Shown here in pieces: positions 48,892 to 59,632 of a stretch of DNA of 64,000 nt. The DNA is from Oceanispirochaeta sp. (lineage in GTDB: Bacteria; Spirochaetota; Spirochaetia; DSM-2461), in assembly GCA_963666275.2 (NCBI GenBank), contig CAXXOA010000002.1, forward strand, positions 2,112,001 through 2,176,000. Reading direction: 5' to 3'. The position numbers and the translations under genes are program-made. Below the pieces are notes generated by a model. That model worked only from the letters and a program-made list of their open reading frames with translations, was not told where the DNA came from and ran no database searches. The number at the start of each line of letters is the position of its first letter. Positions within the stretch are counted from its first letter, which is position 1.

Positions 48892-50109
48892 ATGTTTGAA
48901 CGGAGCATTGTATCAAAAGGCCATCTGATCGACTCGGGGACCATGTCTAAAATCCTCACCCTTATTATTGACGAAAATGCGGATTATAAAATTGTCAGCT
49001 TTCAGATAGGAAAAAAGCAGGATGAGATCTCTCATCTGGAACTGCGTCTGATCTGTGATTCAGAGGAACAGCTGAATGATGTCACAGAAAAGCTTGTCAT
49101 TCTGGGAGCCTGGGAGAAAGGCGCTACCGAACCGGTTCTGAAGGCCAGTGAAAAGGACGGTTCGGTTCCGGAAGATTTCTACTCCACCTCGAATCACAGG
49201 ACCGAAGTCTTTTATGACGGGGCCTGGCGGAAAGTGGATAAACAGAGAATGGACGCCATGATCCGGAAGACACCCGAAGGCTTTGAATGTATCAAGCTCC
49301 GGGATGTGAAAAAAGGGGATTTGATCCTCTGCGGCAGCGAATCGGTCAGGCTGTTTCCCCCTGATGTGGAAAAACCTTCAGAGGGTTTTGGCTTTATGAC
49401 AAACGAAGTTTCCTCCGAAAGGAGCGACAGCATTGCGGTTGCCAAAGTGGCACAGACATTGCAGGATATGAAGGAACAGGGAAAAAAAGCCGTCGTTGTG
49501 GCAGGGCCTGTGGTTGTTCATACAGGCGGCGCCGGGGCTCTGGCGGCCCTCTTCCGGGAAGGCTATTTTCAGGGGCTCCTGGGGGGAAATGCCATCGCCG
49601 TACACGATCTGGAATCCTGCTTTTACGGGACGTCCCTGGGAGTGGATATGACCACGGGAAAACCCACTCACGGCGGCCATTACCACCATATGAAAGCTAT
49701 TAATAAAATCAAAACCTACGGTTCCATCAAAGGGGCCATTGAGGCGGGGGAACTGACCGGGGGACTGATGTACGAACTGGAAACCGCGGGGATTCCCTAC
49801 TGTCTGGCCGGGTCCATCCGGGACGACGGCCCTCTGCCTGAAACCGAGATGGATATGATCCGGGCCCAGGGACAGTATACGGAAATAATCAAAGGGACCG
49901 ATCTGCTTCTGATGCTTTCCACTATGCTCCACTCCATCGGAGCGGGCAATATGACGCCCTCCTGGGTTAAAACCATCTGCGTGGATATCAATCCTGCTGT
50001 GGTCACCAAACTTTCCGACAGGGGAACAGGACAGGCTGTGGGAATTGTCAGCGATGTGGGTCTGTTTCTGCGGGCTCTGGCAACAGAACTGGGGCTGATA
50101 TTCCAGTAA
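48892..50109 (+). CDS. LOR/SDH (TIGR00300) family protein; probable ArgZ/AgrE-type ornithine cyclodeaminase
   Basis: GHLIDSG, FYSTSNH, GPVVVHTGG, GNAIAVHD, AGSIRDDGPLP, CVDINP..TKLSDRG. Confidence 0.85.
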   Translation: MFERSIVSKGHLIDSGTMSKILTLIIDENADYKIVSFQIGKKQDEISHLELRLICDSEEQLNDVTEKLVILGAWEKGATEPVLKASEKDGSVPEDFYSTSNHRTEVFYDGAWRKVDKQRMDAMIRKTPEGFECIKLRDVKKGDLILCGSESVRLFPPDVEKPSEGFGFMTNEVSSERSDSIAVAKVAQTLQDMKEQGKKAVVVAGPVVVHTGGAGALAALFREGYFQGLLGGNAIAVHDLESCFYGTSLGVDMTTGKPTHGGHYHHMKAINKIKTYGSIKGAIEAGELTGGLMYELETAGIPYCLAGSIRDDGPLPETEMDMIRAQGQYTEIIKGTDLLLMLSTMLHSIGAGNMTPSWVKTICVDINPAVVTKLSDRGTGQAVGIVSDVGLFLRALATELGLIFQ

Positions 50110-50152
50110 ATGTATCCCGCTGACAGGGAATGTCTCTTAAAAGTTGTTCCGC

Positions 50153-50177
50153 AACAGGAAGGATTGTCTTTCCTGTT
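50153..50177 (+). terminator. Hairpin downstream of the LOR/SDH gene
   Basis: AACAGGAAGGA-TTG-TCTTTCCTGTT. Confidence 0.55.
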
Positions 50178-50552
50178 ATATAGTTCTATCTATTCCGGGC
50201 CGGGAGCGGCCTTTCCATATGGATGAGCATATATGAATACTGACAGCATAAAATCCTCTCTGTCAGGAAATACTCCCGCCGGAGAGTCCTGTATCCGGAG
50301 AACCTGATGTGTCCCTGCGAACACTGGAAAAGGGTTCGGAACTCAGGTCTGCATCGGAAGGATATCCAGTATGAAAATATCCTCTCAGCCATAATCATGA
50401 GAGACTTTTCATAAACCATGTAAAAAAACTCTTTTCCTGATTTTTTTTCCCCTCCATGGTAATAATGACCTCTTTGCCCTATAATTCTGAGTAAATTAGT
50501 CTAGATTGAAAAAGACTTTGGGTGAAACGGCAGTTTTCTAGGAGAAATACCA

Positions 50553-50990
50553 ATGCAGATATATCTTACGGCGCTAATGCCTGTGCTTCTCATCCTGTTT
50601 GTTCTGCTGAGCAGAATTCTTATTTCCTATCGCACGGCCGGCAAAGGCTGGCAGACCCTGGCAGGGGAGTATGCTTCTCCTGATATCCCTGAAGAGGGTA
50701 CAGATCTCCGCTTCGCTTCCATGAAGGTGGGGAAGGGCTATTACAAAAACTGCGTCCACATCCGTTACAATGAAAAGGGTATGCATCTGCGTCTGTTGTC
50801 TATATACAGAATGTTCCATACCCCCCTGTTCATCCCATGGAAGGCTGTGGGTTACGATAGGCAGACCAACCCGATCAGCTTTAACAGGCATATCCTGGAG
50901 ATCCGGGCCATCCGGAACATCCCTGTTACCCTGAACGATAATGTTTTTTCTTCGCTCCGACCTTATATTTTGAAGGATACCTCTGTATGA
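50553..50990 (+). CDS. Hypothetical membrane-anchored protein
   Basis: AGGAG RBS, N-terminal TM, HTPLFIPW motif. Confidence 0.65.
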   Translation: MQIYLTALMPVLLILFVLLSRILISYRTAGKGWQTLAGEYASPDIPEEGTDLRFASMKVGKGYYKNCVHIRYNEKGMHLRLLSIYRMFHTPLFIPWKAVGYDRQTNPISFNRHILEIRAIRNIPVTLNDNVFSSLRPYILKDTSV

Positions 50991-51472
50991 CAGGGGGTCT
51001 CACAATGATCAATCTGATTCCTCTTTTCATTATTCTGCTGCTGGCGGTTCCCCTCTATTTCCTCTTCCGGAGATTTCTGGAAAAGCATAATATCCTTTCC
51101 GGCAGAAAACGCACCTATCTGCTGCTCCTTTCGGTGTTGCTGACGGCTGTTGTGATCTATACCGTTTTTGTCTTCGGGGCCCTTCAGCTGGCCTTTTACT
51201 ATCCCAGAGGAGATTTCACTGTCCGGGAGTGGAAGGAAGACCCCGGAAACAGGTATACCCTGGTGGACAGTCTACTGAAGGATCACAGCCTGATCGGTAT
51301 GACCAGGGAGGACGTGATTGAACTGCTGGGCAGTGATTTCGGTGAATCCGGCTCCTCCCTGTTTTATGATATCGGCTATCCTCCCTCCATAGTGTCTCTG
51401 GAGCCGGACCGGTTCTATGTGAATTTTGACAGGGGAAAGGTTATCAGCGCGGGAGACAGACCGTTAGAATAA
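50987..51472 (+). CDS. Hypothetical membrane protein
   Basis: Two TM segments; LIGMTREDVIELLG SmpA/BamE-like motif; ATGA coupling. Confidence 0.65.
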   Translation: MTGGLTMINLIPLFIILLLAVPLYFLFRRFLEKHNILSGRKRTYLLLLSVLLTAVVIYTVFVFGALQLAFYYPRGDFTVREWKEDPGNRYTLVDSLLKDHSLIGMTREDVIELLGSDFGESGSSLFYDIGYPPSIVSLEPDRFYVNFDRGKVISAGDRPLE

Positions 51473-51560
51473 AAAACTCATAACAAAACAGTTTGTCCCT
51501 TGTCGTCAAGACCCAGGAATTTCCCCGTGCCGGTGATGTCAAATCTTCTTCTCCGGGAGA

Positions 51561-52361
51561 TTACTCTTTAGCCATATACCTGTTCTTGAAAGTCATCGGG
51601 GTCACTCCCATCTTTTTCTTGAACAGGATTCCGAAATATTTGGGATCTTTATACCCGACCTGTTCGGATACTTCATAGATTTTGATATGATGGTCCTTCA
51701 GAAGCTGAACCGCCATTTTGATCCGGTAGTCGGTGAGGTATTCCACAAAGGTATAGCCCATATAGTTTTTGAAGAGCCGGCTCAGATAGCTTTCGCTGAT
51801 CTCCAGAGAGGAGGCCGCATCGCTTATACCTATGTTCCGGCTGTAATGGTCCTCGATCCACTTGACCGCACTCATTACATACTTCTGCCTGCTGTCGTGT
51901 CCGGATTCGAAGCCGTCTACTCTGGCCAGGCTCACTTTGCCTTCCAGAAGCAGCCTGTTCTGTTCATGCTCTCTCAGGAGAGTCCGCTTTTCTTCTATCT
52001 GTCTGATAACCTTTCCGATGGTGCTGTGGAAGTCATCATCATCCAGGGGTTTGAGAAGATAGTCCCGGACTCCCAGTTTGATAGCCTGCCGGGCATAGTC
52101 GAAGTCGTTATAGCCCGAAATAATGATGTATTCCGTATCGATCTCACCGTCCAGTTTCCGGAGCATCTCAATCCCGTCGAGCACAGGCATATCCACATCG
52201 GTAATGACAATATCCGGTTTCAGGCGCCTGATAAGATCGTAGCCCTCCCTGCCGTCACCGGCTTCGCCAACCACGCGGCATCCCAGGGACTCCCAGGGAG
52301 TTGTGACAACCATACCTCTGCGGATATAGGTTTCGTCTTCTACAATAACCACGTCTATCAT
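51561..52361 (-). CDS. YesN-type response regulator (REC + AraC HTH)
   Basis: VEDE, TDVDMP, YLLKP, SYLSRLFK. Confidence 0.92.
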   Translation of the reverse strand: MIDVVIVEDETYIRRGMVVTTPWESLGCRVVGEAGDGREGYDLIRRLKPDIVITDVDMPVLDGIEMLRKLDGEIDTEYIIISGYNDFDYARQAIKLGVRDYLLKPLDDDDFHSTIGKVIRQIEEKRTLLREHEQNRLLLEGKVSLARVDGFESGHDSRQKYVMSAVKWIEDHYSRNIGISDAASSLEISESYLSRLFKNYMGYTFVEYLTDYRIKMAVQLLKDHHIKIYEVSEQVGYKDPKYFGILFKKKMGVTPMTFKNRYMAKE

Positions 52362-54109
52362 AGGGGCGCCCCGTCTCTGGAACTGGGCATGGTGATCACA
52401 ACTTCAGTGCCCGGGCTCCTGCTGCTGATCCTCACGCCGTAATCCTCCCCGAAATACATTTTGATGCGCTTGTCCACATTGTAGATCCCGAGATGGTTTT
52501 CAGGGCGCTCCTTTGTGAGCTCCAGAATCTCCTGTTCGGTCATACCAATGCCGTTATCAGAGATTCTGAACTCAATGATCCTGCTATCATTCAGATCTCC
52601 TTCCGGACAGTCCCGGCAGAATCTACCGGAGATTCTGATGATCCCGTCGGTTCTGTTTGTTTTCCCGAAACCGTGGATAATCGAGTTCTCAATGAAAGGC
52701 TGCAGGATGAGCCGGGGAATTCTATAATCCATCAGGGAGTCCTCGATGTGGGTAATGACTTCGAAACTGTTGTTGTATTTGATCCTCTGTATGGCCAGAT
52801 AGCTGTTGATGAAGTCAATGTTATTCCGGATCGTCAGAAACTCCTCAACACTGTCTATGGAGAACCGGAGCAGCCTTGCCAGATTGGTGACAACGCTTAT
52901 AGTCTCTTCATGATGCCCCAGTTTGACGCTCCATTTGATCACATCCAGGGTATTGTAAATAAAATGGGGCTTCATCTGGGCCTGAAGCATTTTGATCTCT
53001 GTTGTCCGGAGCTGCTTCTGTTTTTCAATCACCTTTTCCATATATTTATTCAGCCGGTTCAGCATCTGGTTGAAATACTTCCCCAGATCGCCGATCTCAT
53101 CGCGGCTGCCCAGATCGGCTCTGATATCCAGTGCCCCCTTTTCCACGTCTCCCATTATTTTTATAAGTTCCCGGATGGGCCGTGAGATCGCTCCGGCCTG
53201 AACCACTGCAAGGGCTATGGATAAAACCAGACTGACAAGGCTTCCTATAATCATGATAAGGGTCAGAATACGGTTGAACTCCCTGAAAACACCGGAAGAA
53301 ACGCTCACCCTGGTGATGGTATTCAGCTTTTCGTCCGAATAATCGAGAAAAAGAAATGTATCATTGCCGATGAGACTGGCTATGGGCTTGTGTTTTTCAA
53401 TCTTTTCCCTGTCCATATAGGAAGCCTGCTGGAACTTCCCCTCCATATAGCTGTTTATGGAGTCGAAGAGGGTATAGCCCTGATCGTCAGTAATGATCAT
53501 ATGGCTGGACAGCCCCCAGTTGAACACTCTGGCTTCTTCGGCAACCACAAGCCGGGGCATCTCTACAAGGACATAGCCCTCATGCCGGCCCTCCCTGTCA
53601 TAGAGTTTACTTCCCACTGTAAAAAGGGTTTTTCCCTCGGGTAGGTAATCCATCTGCTGGGCATAGGTCACGACCCTGCCGGGAGAATTGTCCAGTTTCC
53701 GGAATATACCCCAGCTGTTGTTCAGCCCCGCCCGGTAATCTTCGGGGAACCGGGACGTTGAATAGACGATGCTCCCATCCAGGCCGATCAGATGAACTAC
53801 CGGTTTCACAGATTCGCCGATCAGGGCCTCATACATGATTTCGTAGATCTCATTGCTTTCTCCCGGGGTGTCTTTCAGATTCAGCCCGTTCTGAATTTCA
53901 CTGATTATATTTTCATAGGTGGAAACCTTGTTATGAAGCCCCCCCTGAAAGGTCTTTATACTGTTCAGGGTCTGTTCCTTGAGGGTTTTATTCAGAAAAT
54001 TCAGGGAAAAACCGTAAATCAGCCCGCCAATGATAAAGAGGGGCAGTATACTGCAGAGAATATAGGTCAGAAAAAGCCGCTGGAAAATGGGGATCCGGAT
54101 CTGTTTCAT
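52358..54109 (-). CDS. YesM-type sensor histidine kinase (HAMP, His_kinase)
   Basis: DEIGDL, QMKPHFIYNTL, LQPFIENS, DNGIGM. Confidence 0.92.
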   Translation of the reverse strand: MKQIRIPIFQRLFLTYILCSILPLFIIGGLIYGFSLNFLNKTLKEQTLNSIKTFQGGLHNKVSTYENIISEIQNGLNLKDTPGESNEIYEIMYEALIGESVKPVVHLIGLDGSIVYSTSRFPEDYRAGLNNSWGIFRKLDNSPGRVVTYAQQMDYLPEGKTLFTVGSKLYDREGRHEGYVLVEMPRLVVAEEARVFNWGLSSHMIITDDQGYTLFDSINSYMEGKFQQASYMDREKIEKHKPIASLIGNDTFLFLDYSDEKLNTITRVSVSSGVFREFNRILTLIMIIGSLVSLVLSIALAVVQAGAISRPIRELIKIMGDVEKGALDIRADLGSRDEIGDLGKYFNQMLNRLNKYMEKVIEKQKQLRTTEIKMLQAQMKPHFIYNTLDVIKWSVKLGHHEETISVVTNLARLLRFSIDSVEEFLTIRNNIDFINSYLAIQRIKYNNSFEVITHIEDSLMDYRIPRLILQPFIENSIIHGFGKTNRTDGIIRISGRFCRDCPEGDLNDSRIIEFRISDNGIGMTEQEILELTKERPENHLGIYNVDKRIKMYFGEDYGVRISSRSPGTEVVITMPSSRDGAPL

Positions 54110-54113
54110 AGTT

Positions 54114-55139
54114 CTATTCGCTTCCCTGTCTTTCCAGAGGGAGCTGGCGCCACTTCTCCAGAATCCTGTCTTTATTCTGATAGGTGGAGAGCCTGCCCGC
54201 ATCGTAGCTGTTCAGCTCGTTCATGGGAGAGAGGCCTTCGGGGACTCTCACATCATTTCTGACGGATCTGAGATAGAATCGGTCCACCATAAAGGTTTGA
54301 ACCTTTCTGCTCAGAACAAAATCAATGAAGGCCCTGGCTTCCTCTTTATGAACAGCATCTTTCATCAGGGCGATAGAATCATTGATCACAGGAGTTCCCT
54401 CCTCCAGATAGACGATTCCGATGTCCTCCCCCAGGTGTATCAGGTTCACTGCCGCCTCTTCCATGGTGATGCCGATGGCAAAGTCGCCCGCTGCAACGCC
54501 TTCGTACACCTCGGAAGATTTGGCAAGCATCTTGCCTTCCACATTCCGGTAGAGTTTTCCGGCGTTTTCCCAGTTGTAGTCTGCGTCCGCATCCAGTTCC
54601 AGAAGAAAGGAGAGGGCTATATAGGCGGAACCGGAACCCTCGGGATCGGCCAGGGCCAGCCGACCCTTCCATCTGGGGTCGAGCACCTCTTTCCAGCTGC
54701 GGCTGACCTCCTCCCGGGAGACAAGCTTTTTGTTGTAGATCAGAACAATGGGAAGCTGATTGAATCCGAGGATGTACTCCTCGTCCCTGCCGGGATGGAT
54801 AGGGTCAAAGAGATCTTTGTAGATGTTCAGATACTCCTTGCTCCCGCCCCACATAAGATCCATAAGATAGCGGTCATCCTTGTTTTCCAGAGAATTCAGA
54901 AGATCCAGGGTCCCTGCGGAGGTGTACTCCACAGGAATTCCCGTGGTCTCCTGGAATTCCTTGACAATGGGAATGATAATCCTCTCGTTCAGGGGACTGT
55001 ATATTTTCAGGGCGCTCTGTTCCGACTCCTTCGGATTCAGAAATCCCCATCGGGGGATATTCAGGAGCAGGGCGGCCGCCGCTGCCAGCAGAAGCAGTAT
55101 CAGAACCGCAGGCAGCCCTTTTAGTATCATTCCTTTCAT
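54114..55139 (-). CDS. Extracellular solute-binding protein (AfuA/family 1-6-like) linked to the two-component system
   Basis: LKIYSP, DLMWGG, WKGRLALADP..SGS. Confidence 0.82.
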   Translation of the reverse strand: MKGMILKGLPAVLILLLLAAAAALLLNIPRWGFLNPKESEQSALKIYSPLNERIIIPIVKEFQETTGIPVEYTSAGTLDLLNSLENKDDRYLMDLMWGGSKEYLNIYKDLFDPIHPGRDEEYILGFNQLPIVLIYNKKLVSREEVSRSWKEVLDPRWKGRLALADPEGSGSAYIALSFLLELDADADYNWENAGKLYRNVEGKMLAKSSEVYEGVAAGDFAIGITMEEAAVNLIHLGEDIGIVYLEEGTPVINDSIALMKDAVHKEEARAFIDFVLSRKVQTFMVDRFYLRSVRNDVRVPEGLSPMNELNSYDAGRLSTYQNKDRILEKWRQLPLERQGSE

Positions 55140-55202
55140 GGACAGGGGATTCTCCTCTTTTCAATGGACACATCAGTGCAATGGATCATATTACAGGATA
55201 AA

Positions 55203-56495
55203 TCAGCCCCCGAACAACCTTAATGTGAACAGAGCTACTGTTTCGGAATAGGTGACAAGAAGCAGCACCAGGAGAAGGGCAACTATGAATGGCCAGACTT
55301 CCCTGACGAACTTCTCCAGCTTTATGTCCACTATGGAGCAGACAGTGAACATCATCGAACCGAAAGGAGGAGTCAGACCGCCGATCATGATATTGACAAT
55401 AAAGATGATTCCGAAATGCAGCGGATCAATTCCGAACATTTTAACAGCGGGAACCAGCAGCGGGGCCAGGATCACAAGGGCCGCTCCGCCTTCAATAAAC
55501 ATACCGATGAAAAGCAGCATAATATTGATCACGATCAGCAGTATGAAGGGGCTTCCTGTCATGTTGACCAGGAACTCGGTAATCATCTGGGGGATCCGTT
55601 CCAGAGTCAGGTAGTACCCGAATACTTTCGCGCTGGCAATAATTGCCATAACCGCTCCTGTCCCTTTGACTGTGTCCATAAGAATCAGGGGTATATGGGA
55701 GGGTTTCAGTTCCTTGTAGACAAAAAAACCGACGATCGTGGCAAAGGCAACGGCAATACCTCCCGCTTCGGTGGGTGTGAAAATCCCGAAACGCATTCCC
55801 ATGATGATGGCAAAGGGAATGAACAGAGCCCAGATGGATTTTCCCAGCTGTTTCATTATAACTCCGGGAGAAGCCATTCCTTTTCTGCTGGGCTGGTATT
55901 TTCTTTTCAGAGAGATGATATGAACCGTAATCATCAGGGCTACTGCCATCAGTATACCGGGCATGTAGGCCGCAAGAAACATGCTTCCCACAGACACATT
56001 GGCTATGAGAGCGTACAGGATCAGATTGGTTCCGGGAGGTATTACCGGGCTTATGGCCGATGAGGCTGCTGTAATGGCGCCGGAAAACTCTTTTGAAAAT
56101 CCCTTTCTCTGCATTTCGGGGACGAGTATTTTCGACTGCATGGCCGCATCTGCGTTGGCCGAGCCTGAAATTCCCCCCATAAGGGCGCTGAGAAGTACGT
56201 TGACCTGTGCCAGACCGCCTCTGGTATGGCCCACCAGGACATCGGAAAAGTCCATGAGGGCTTTGCTTATGCCCGAATGATTCATGACCGAACCGACCAT
56301 GATAAAGAAGGGAACAGCCAGGTAGGGGAAGGATTCCACTGCCGTAACAAACTGCTGGATGATCATCTCCATGGGCATGGTCGTATTGATAAAGATAAAA
56401 TAGGTGAGCGAGGCTCCCATCAGTGAGAAAGCGATGGGGATATTCAGAAAAAACAGTATAAAAAGAACAACAATGGGAAATAGTACTTCCATCAC
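55203..56495 (-). CDS. dctM: TRAP large permease
   Basis: LAVPFF, GGLAQVN, VIPPG, TPTEAG, LTPPFG. Confidence 0.93.
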   Translation of the reverse strand: MMEVLFPIVVLFILFFLNIPIAFSLMGASLTYFIFINTTMPMEMIIQQFVTAVESFPYLAVPFFIMVGSVMNHSGISKALMDFSDVLVGHTRGGLAQVNVLLSALMGGISGSANADAAMQSKILVPEMQRKGFSKEFSGAITAASSAISPVIPPGTNLILYALIANVSVGSMFLAAYMPGILMAVALMITVHIISLKRKYQPSRKGMASPGVIMKQLGKSIWALFIPFAIIMGMRFGIFTPTEAGGIAVAFATIVGFFVYKELKPSHIPLILMDTVKGTGAVMAIIASAKVFGYYLTLERIPQMITEFLVNMTGSPFILLIVINIMLLFIGMFIEGGAALVILAPLLVPAVKMFGIDPLHFGIIFIVNIMIGGLTPPFGSMMFTVCSIVDIKLEKFVREVWPFIVALLLVLLLVTYSETVALFTLRLFGG

Positions 56496-57055
56496 TCAGT
56501 CTCCTTCTGGAGTTTCATATTTTTCATCTCTGTTTCGAGTAGTTCTTCCTCCAGATCGTCTTTCACTTCCAGGGACACATCTCCTCCCGTTACCATTTTT
56601 CTGAAGCTCTGTTCCAGAAAATAGAGGGAGTACAGAGTCATAAGGGCAAAAGAAAATACGATAGAGCTGTAAATGTACTTGTAGGATACTTCCAGGGCCG
56701 CTGTTATTTTTGTGGAATTCATAACGTATTTGAAACTGAAAACAAACATGGTACCAGCCAGGACAGAGACGACGGCGGAGGTGATAAAAACAATCACAGG
56801 CCGGCCCTTCTCCGGGACCAGGTTGGTCAGAAGTTCCACTCCGATCAGGCCCCTTGTTTTATACGCATTGGCCAGACCCAGAAAAATGGTCCAGACGAAG
56901 CAGCCGACAGCAATTTCTTCGGCCCAGGTAAAGGTAAAGTTCAGAAAATACCTTGTGATGACATTCATGATGACTATGACAGTCGTGACGGAAAGAAATA
57001 CGGCGCCTATGTACAGTTCAAAATGAACGCCTAAATTTCTGATTTTTTTTTTCAT
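56492..57055 (-). CDS. dctQ: TRAP small permease
   Basis: NVITRY, WAEE, 4 TM. Confidence 0.9.
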   Translation of the reverse strand: MKKKIRNLGVHFELYIGAVFLSVTTVIVIMNVITRYFLNFTFTWAEEIAVGCFVWTIFLGLANAYKTRGLIGVELLTNLVPEKGRPVIVFITSAVVSVLAGTMFVFSFKYVMNSTKITAALEVSYKYIYSSIVFSFALMTLYSLYFLEQSFRKMVTGGDVSLEVKDDLEEELLETEMKNMKLQKETE

Positions 57056-57137
57056 AATTTCCTTTTACCGATCTACCGGGACAGCGCCTCCCCCTTTTTT
57101 GATACGAAGACGCTGTCCGGAAGCTATTTGTCTTGAA

Positions 57138-58163
57138 TTAAAGAGCCGACTTAATGGTATTCAGCTCAGCCAGAATCCTGTCGTAAATACCGGGTGTCCA
57201 CTGGGGAAACCTGGTATAGACGGGAGCGGCTGCTTTGAGGAAAGCATCACTGTCTACAGTATTGAAGTTCACTCCTTCAGCTTTCAGGAGATCAACGAAC
57301 TCTTCTTCCGCCTCGAGGGTGGCGCTCAGATTGTCTTCCCGGCCCATGTCAAAGGCTTCTGCCAGGATCGTTCTTTCTTCTTCTGTCAGCTTATCCCACA
57401 GTTTTGTGGAGAGTGTTACCGCAGAAACACCGAGCAGATGGTTTGTCAGAGAGTACTCTTTCACATTTTCATACTGCTGTGTACCGTAATAGGTCATGAT
57501 AGAGCCTTCCACTCCGTCGATAACACCCTGCTGAAGTGCCGCATAGGTATCGGGGTAGGGCATGGCAACGGGATTGCCGCCCATGGCTTCGATGGTGTAG
57601 GTATACAGCTGGCTGGTGGGAACCCGGATGTTCAGGCCTTCCATATCGGCGGGAGCCAGAATCGGTTTGTTTGTCATCATGCTCCGGAATCCGAAAACCC
57701 AGTCCAGAGACAGAACTTTGATTCCATACTCATCTTCCACTTTCTGATTCAGTTCCTTGACAAGATCCGTTTTGGTCATGGCAAAGTATTCATCAAATGA
57801 ACTGTACAGGAAAGGTCCTGTAATGGCATTGTAATCGGGAACATAGTCTCCCAGGAAGTTGACACCGTCTACGAGAATCCAGTCTGAACCGGCGACAACC
57901 TGTTCCATTCCGTCTTTCCCGATGGGGAGGACACCGCTGGAGAAAAGCTGAAGCTCCAGAGATCCCCCGCTTCGCTCATTCACCTGTTCCACAACCTTTT
58001 TCAGTGAAATTGCCGTCTGTTCATCATCAACGAACTTTGTACTGATCTTGATGACTTTCGGTTCAACCTCAGCCTTTCCGGAGGCTTTTGATTCCTCTTT
58101 TGCACATGACGCCAGAGTGATCACCATAGCGGCAGCCAGCAAGGGCAATAAAAATTTTCTCAT
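57138..58163 (-). CDS. dctP: TRAP substrate-binding lipoprotein
   Basis: Lipobox LASC; FGFR, GLNIRV, YAALQQGVIDG. Confidence 0.92.
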   Translation of the reverse strand: MRKFLLPLLAAAMVITLASCAKEESKASGKAEVEPKVIKISTKFVDDEQTAISLKKVVEQVNERSGGSLELQLFSSGVLPIGKDGMEQVVAGSDWILVDGVNFLGDYVPDYNAITGPFLYSSFDEYFAMTKTDLVKELNQKVEDEYGIKVLSLDWVFGFRSMMTNKPILAPADMEGLNIRVPTSQLYTYTIEAMGGNPVAMPYPDTYAALQQGVIDGVEGSIMTYYGTQQYENVKEYSLTNHLLGVSAVTLSTKLWDKLTEEERTILAEAFDMGREDNLSATLEAEEEFVDLLKAEGVNFNTVDSDAFLKAAAPVYTRFPQWTPGIYDRILAELNTIKSAL

Positions 58164-58450
58164 CCTTTTTTTCTCCTGGAAAATGATTTCAGTCTTTTTC
58201 ATCTGCTGAAAGTACATTGAAAAAGATCTTGAAAAACTATAAACCCCGCTGAATGAGAAGCAAACTGAATATACTGTTATTTAGTTTAAAATAATGAACT
58301 CCCGGTGAATCTAAAACAGTATTCTGCTATGATTCTCCCGTTTTCCGGTTCAGAATATTGGATCGTCCGGTACGGATTATGAGGGAAAAGAATATAGAAT
58401 CGAGATTATATTGAATGAGCCGCTTATTCGATTGCGACTCCGGTTCTGCT

Positions 58451-59380
58451 TTAATCGTCTTCATTCCATAAATACAGATCATTTTGGATCTGAGCTCCGT
58501 GCCATTTGGATGGAGATACTCCTGTTTTCTTTTTGAAGAGTCTGGAAAAATAATAGGGGTTGTCAAAGGCCAGTTTGAAGGAAATCTCTTTGACAGACTG
58601 CTCTCCTGATATTAGTAATTCCTTTGCTTTATTTATCTTCATATGCAGGAAGTACTGGTAGGGAGACAGACCGGTGTGTTCATTGAAATATTCCCTCAGG
58701 GTGTGATAGTTGACTCTCAACGCAGATGTGATGGCTTCCACGTCAAACTTGACAAAAAGGTTTTCCTCCATAAGTTCACGGGTCTGCTCAAGCAGACTTG
58801 TTCTATCACTTTTCAGAGCAAAGTTCTTACGACTGACCTGCAGATGGGCAAATATCTGGGGAATGAGAGAAGAAATCAACTGCTGCATGCAGGGAGGCTC
58901 CTCCCTGGCATACTCAATCGCTTTTTCAAAAAGAGACTTCATCGTACTGTTAACCCCGGGATGATAAATAGGTTCATTTCTCTCAATATAGTTGCGGTTA
59001 AGCCAGTTCTGGGCACACTCTCCATTAAATCCGAACCAGTACTCGGTCCATCCTGTATCGGGGTCAGGACTGTAAAAATGGCGCTCCCCCGGTATTAATA
59101 AGATAACACTTCCAGGCAGCAGGGAGTATTCGCCCTGATAGGAACGGAATCTGCCTGATCCTTCAGTTATATAGACGAGCTGAAATTCATTGAGAACACG
59201 GCCTCTGAACCAGTCGGCTATGTACTGATTGGGATGCTCATCCTTTTTGTAGGGATAATCATCTCCCGGATGAATTTCCACTCTCCCGACAGTTGTTGTA
59301 TAGAGCTGCCAGAAAATATCCTCCTCACTGTAGGTAAGATATCTGAAGATATTGAAATTGGGATCTGAAGTGTAATTCAT
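58451..59380 (-). CDS. AraC family transcriptional regulator
   Basis: Cupin N-domain; FDNPYYFSRLFKKKTGVSP. Confidence 0.92.
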   Translation of the reverse strand: MNYTSDPNFNIFRYLTYSEEDIFWQLYTTTVGRVEIHPGDDYPYKKDEHPNQYIADWFRGRVLNEFQLVYITEGSGRFRSYQGEYSLLPGSVILLIPGERHFYSPDPDTGWTEYWFGFNGECAQNWLNRNYIERNEPIYHPGVNSTMKSLFEKAIEYAREEPPCMQQLISSLIPQIFAHLQVSRKNFALKSDRTSLLEQTRELMEENLFVKFDVEAITSALRVNYHTLREYFNEHTGLSPYQYFLHMKINKAKELLISGEQSVKEISFKLAFDNPYYFSRLFKKKTGVSPSKWHGAQIQNDLYLWNEDD

Positions 59381-59632
59381 TGTTTTCAGTTCTCTATCTT
59401 ATCCAGGTCCTTCACTCCATCCCCGGACATGTTCTTCACCTGATATTGCAAAAATCAAAGGTTTACGCTTCCGGGGGGATGATACTTCTCGGGACTTTAA
59501 TCCTAACATGACCTGGAAAGATCGGTTAAGCTTTTTTATATATTATCGAGTCGTTATAAATAATGGCTTTTCTGAGACAGTCATACAGAGCCGAAAAACA
59601 TATATTCCGTCTCTGTATGCTGAATTTATGCT

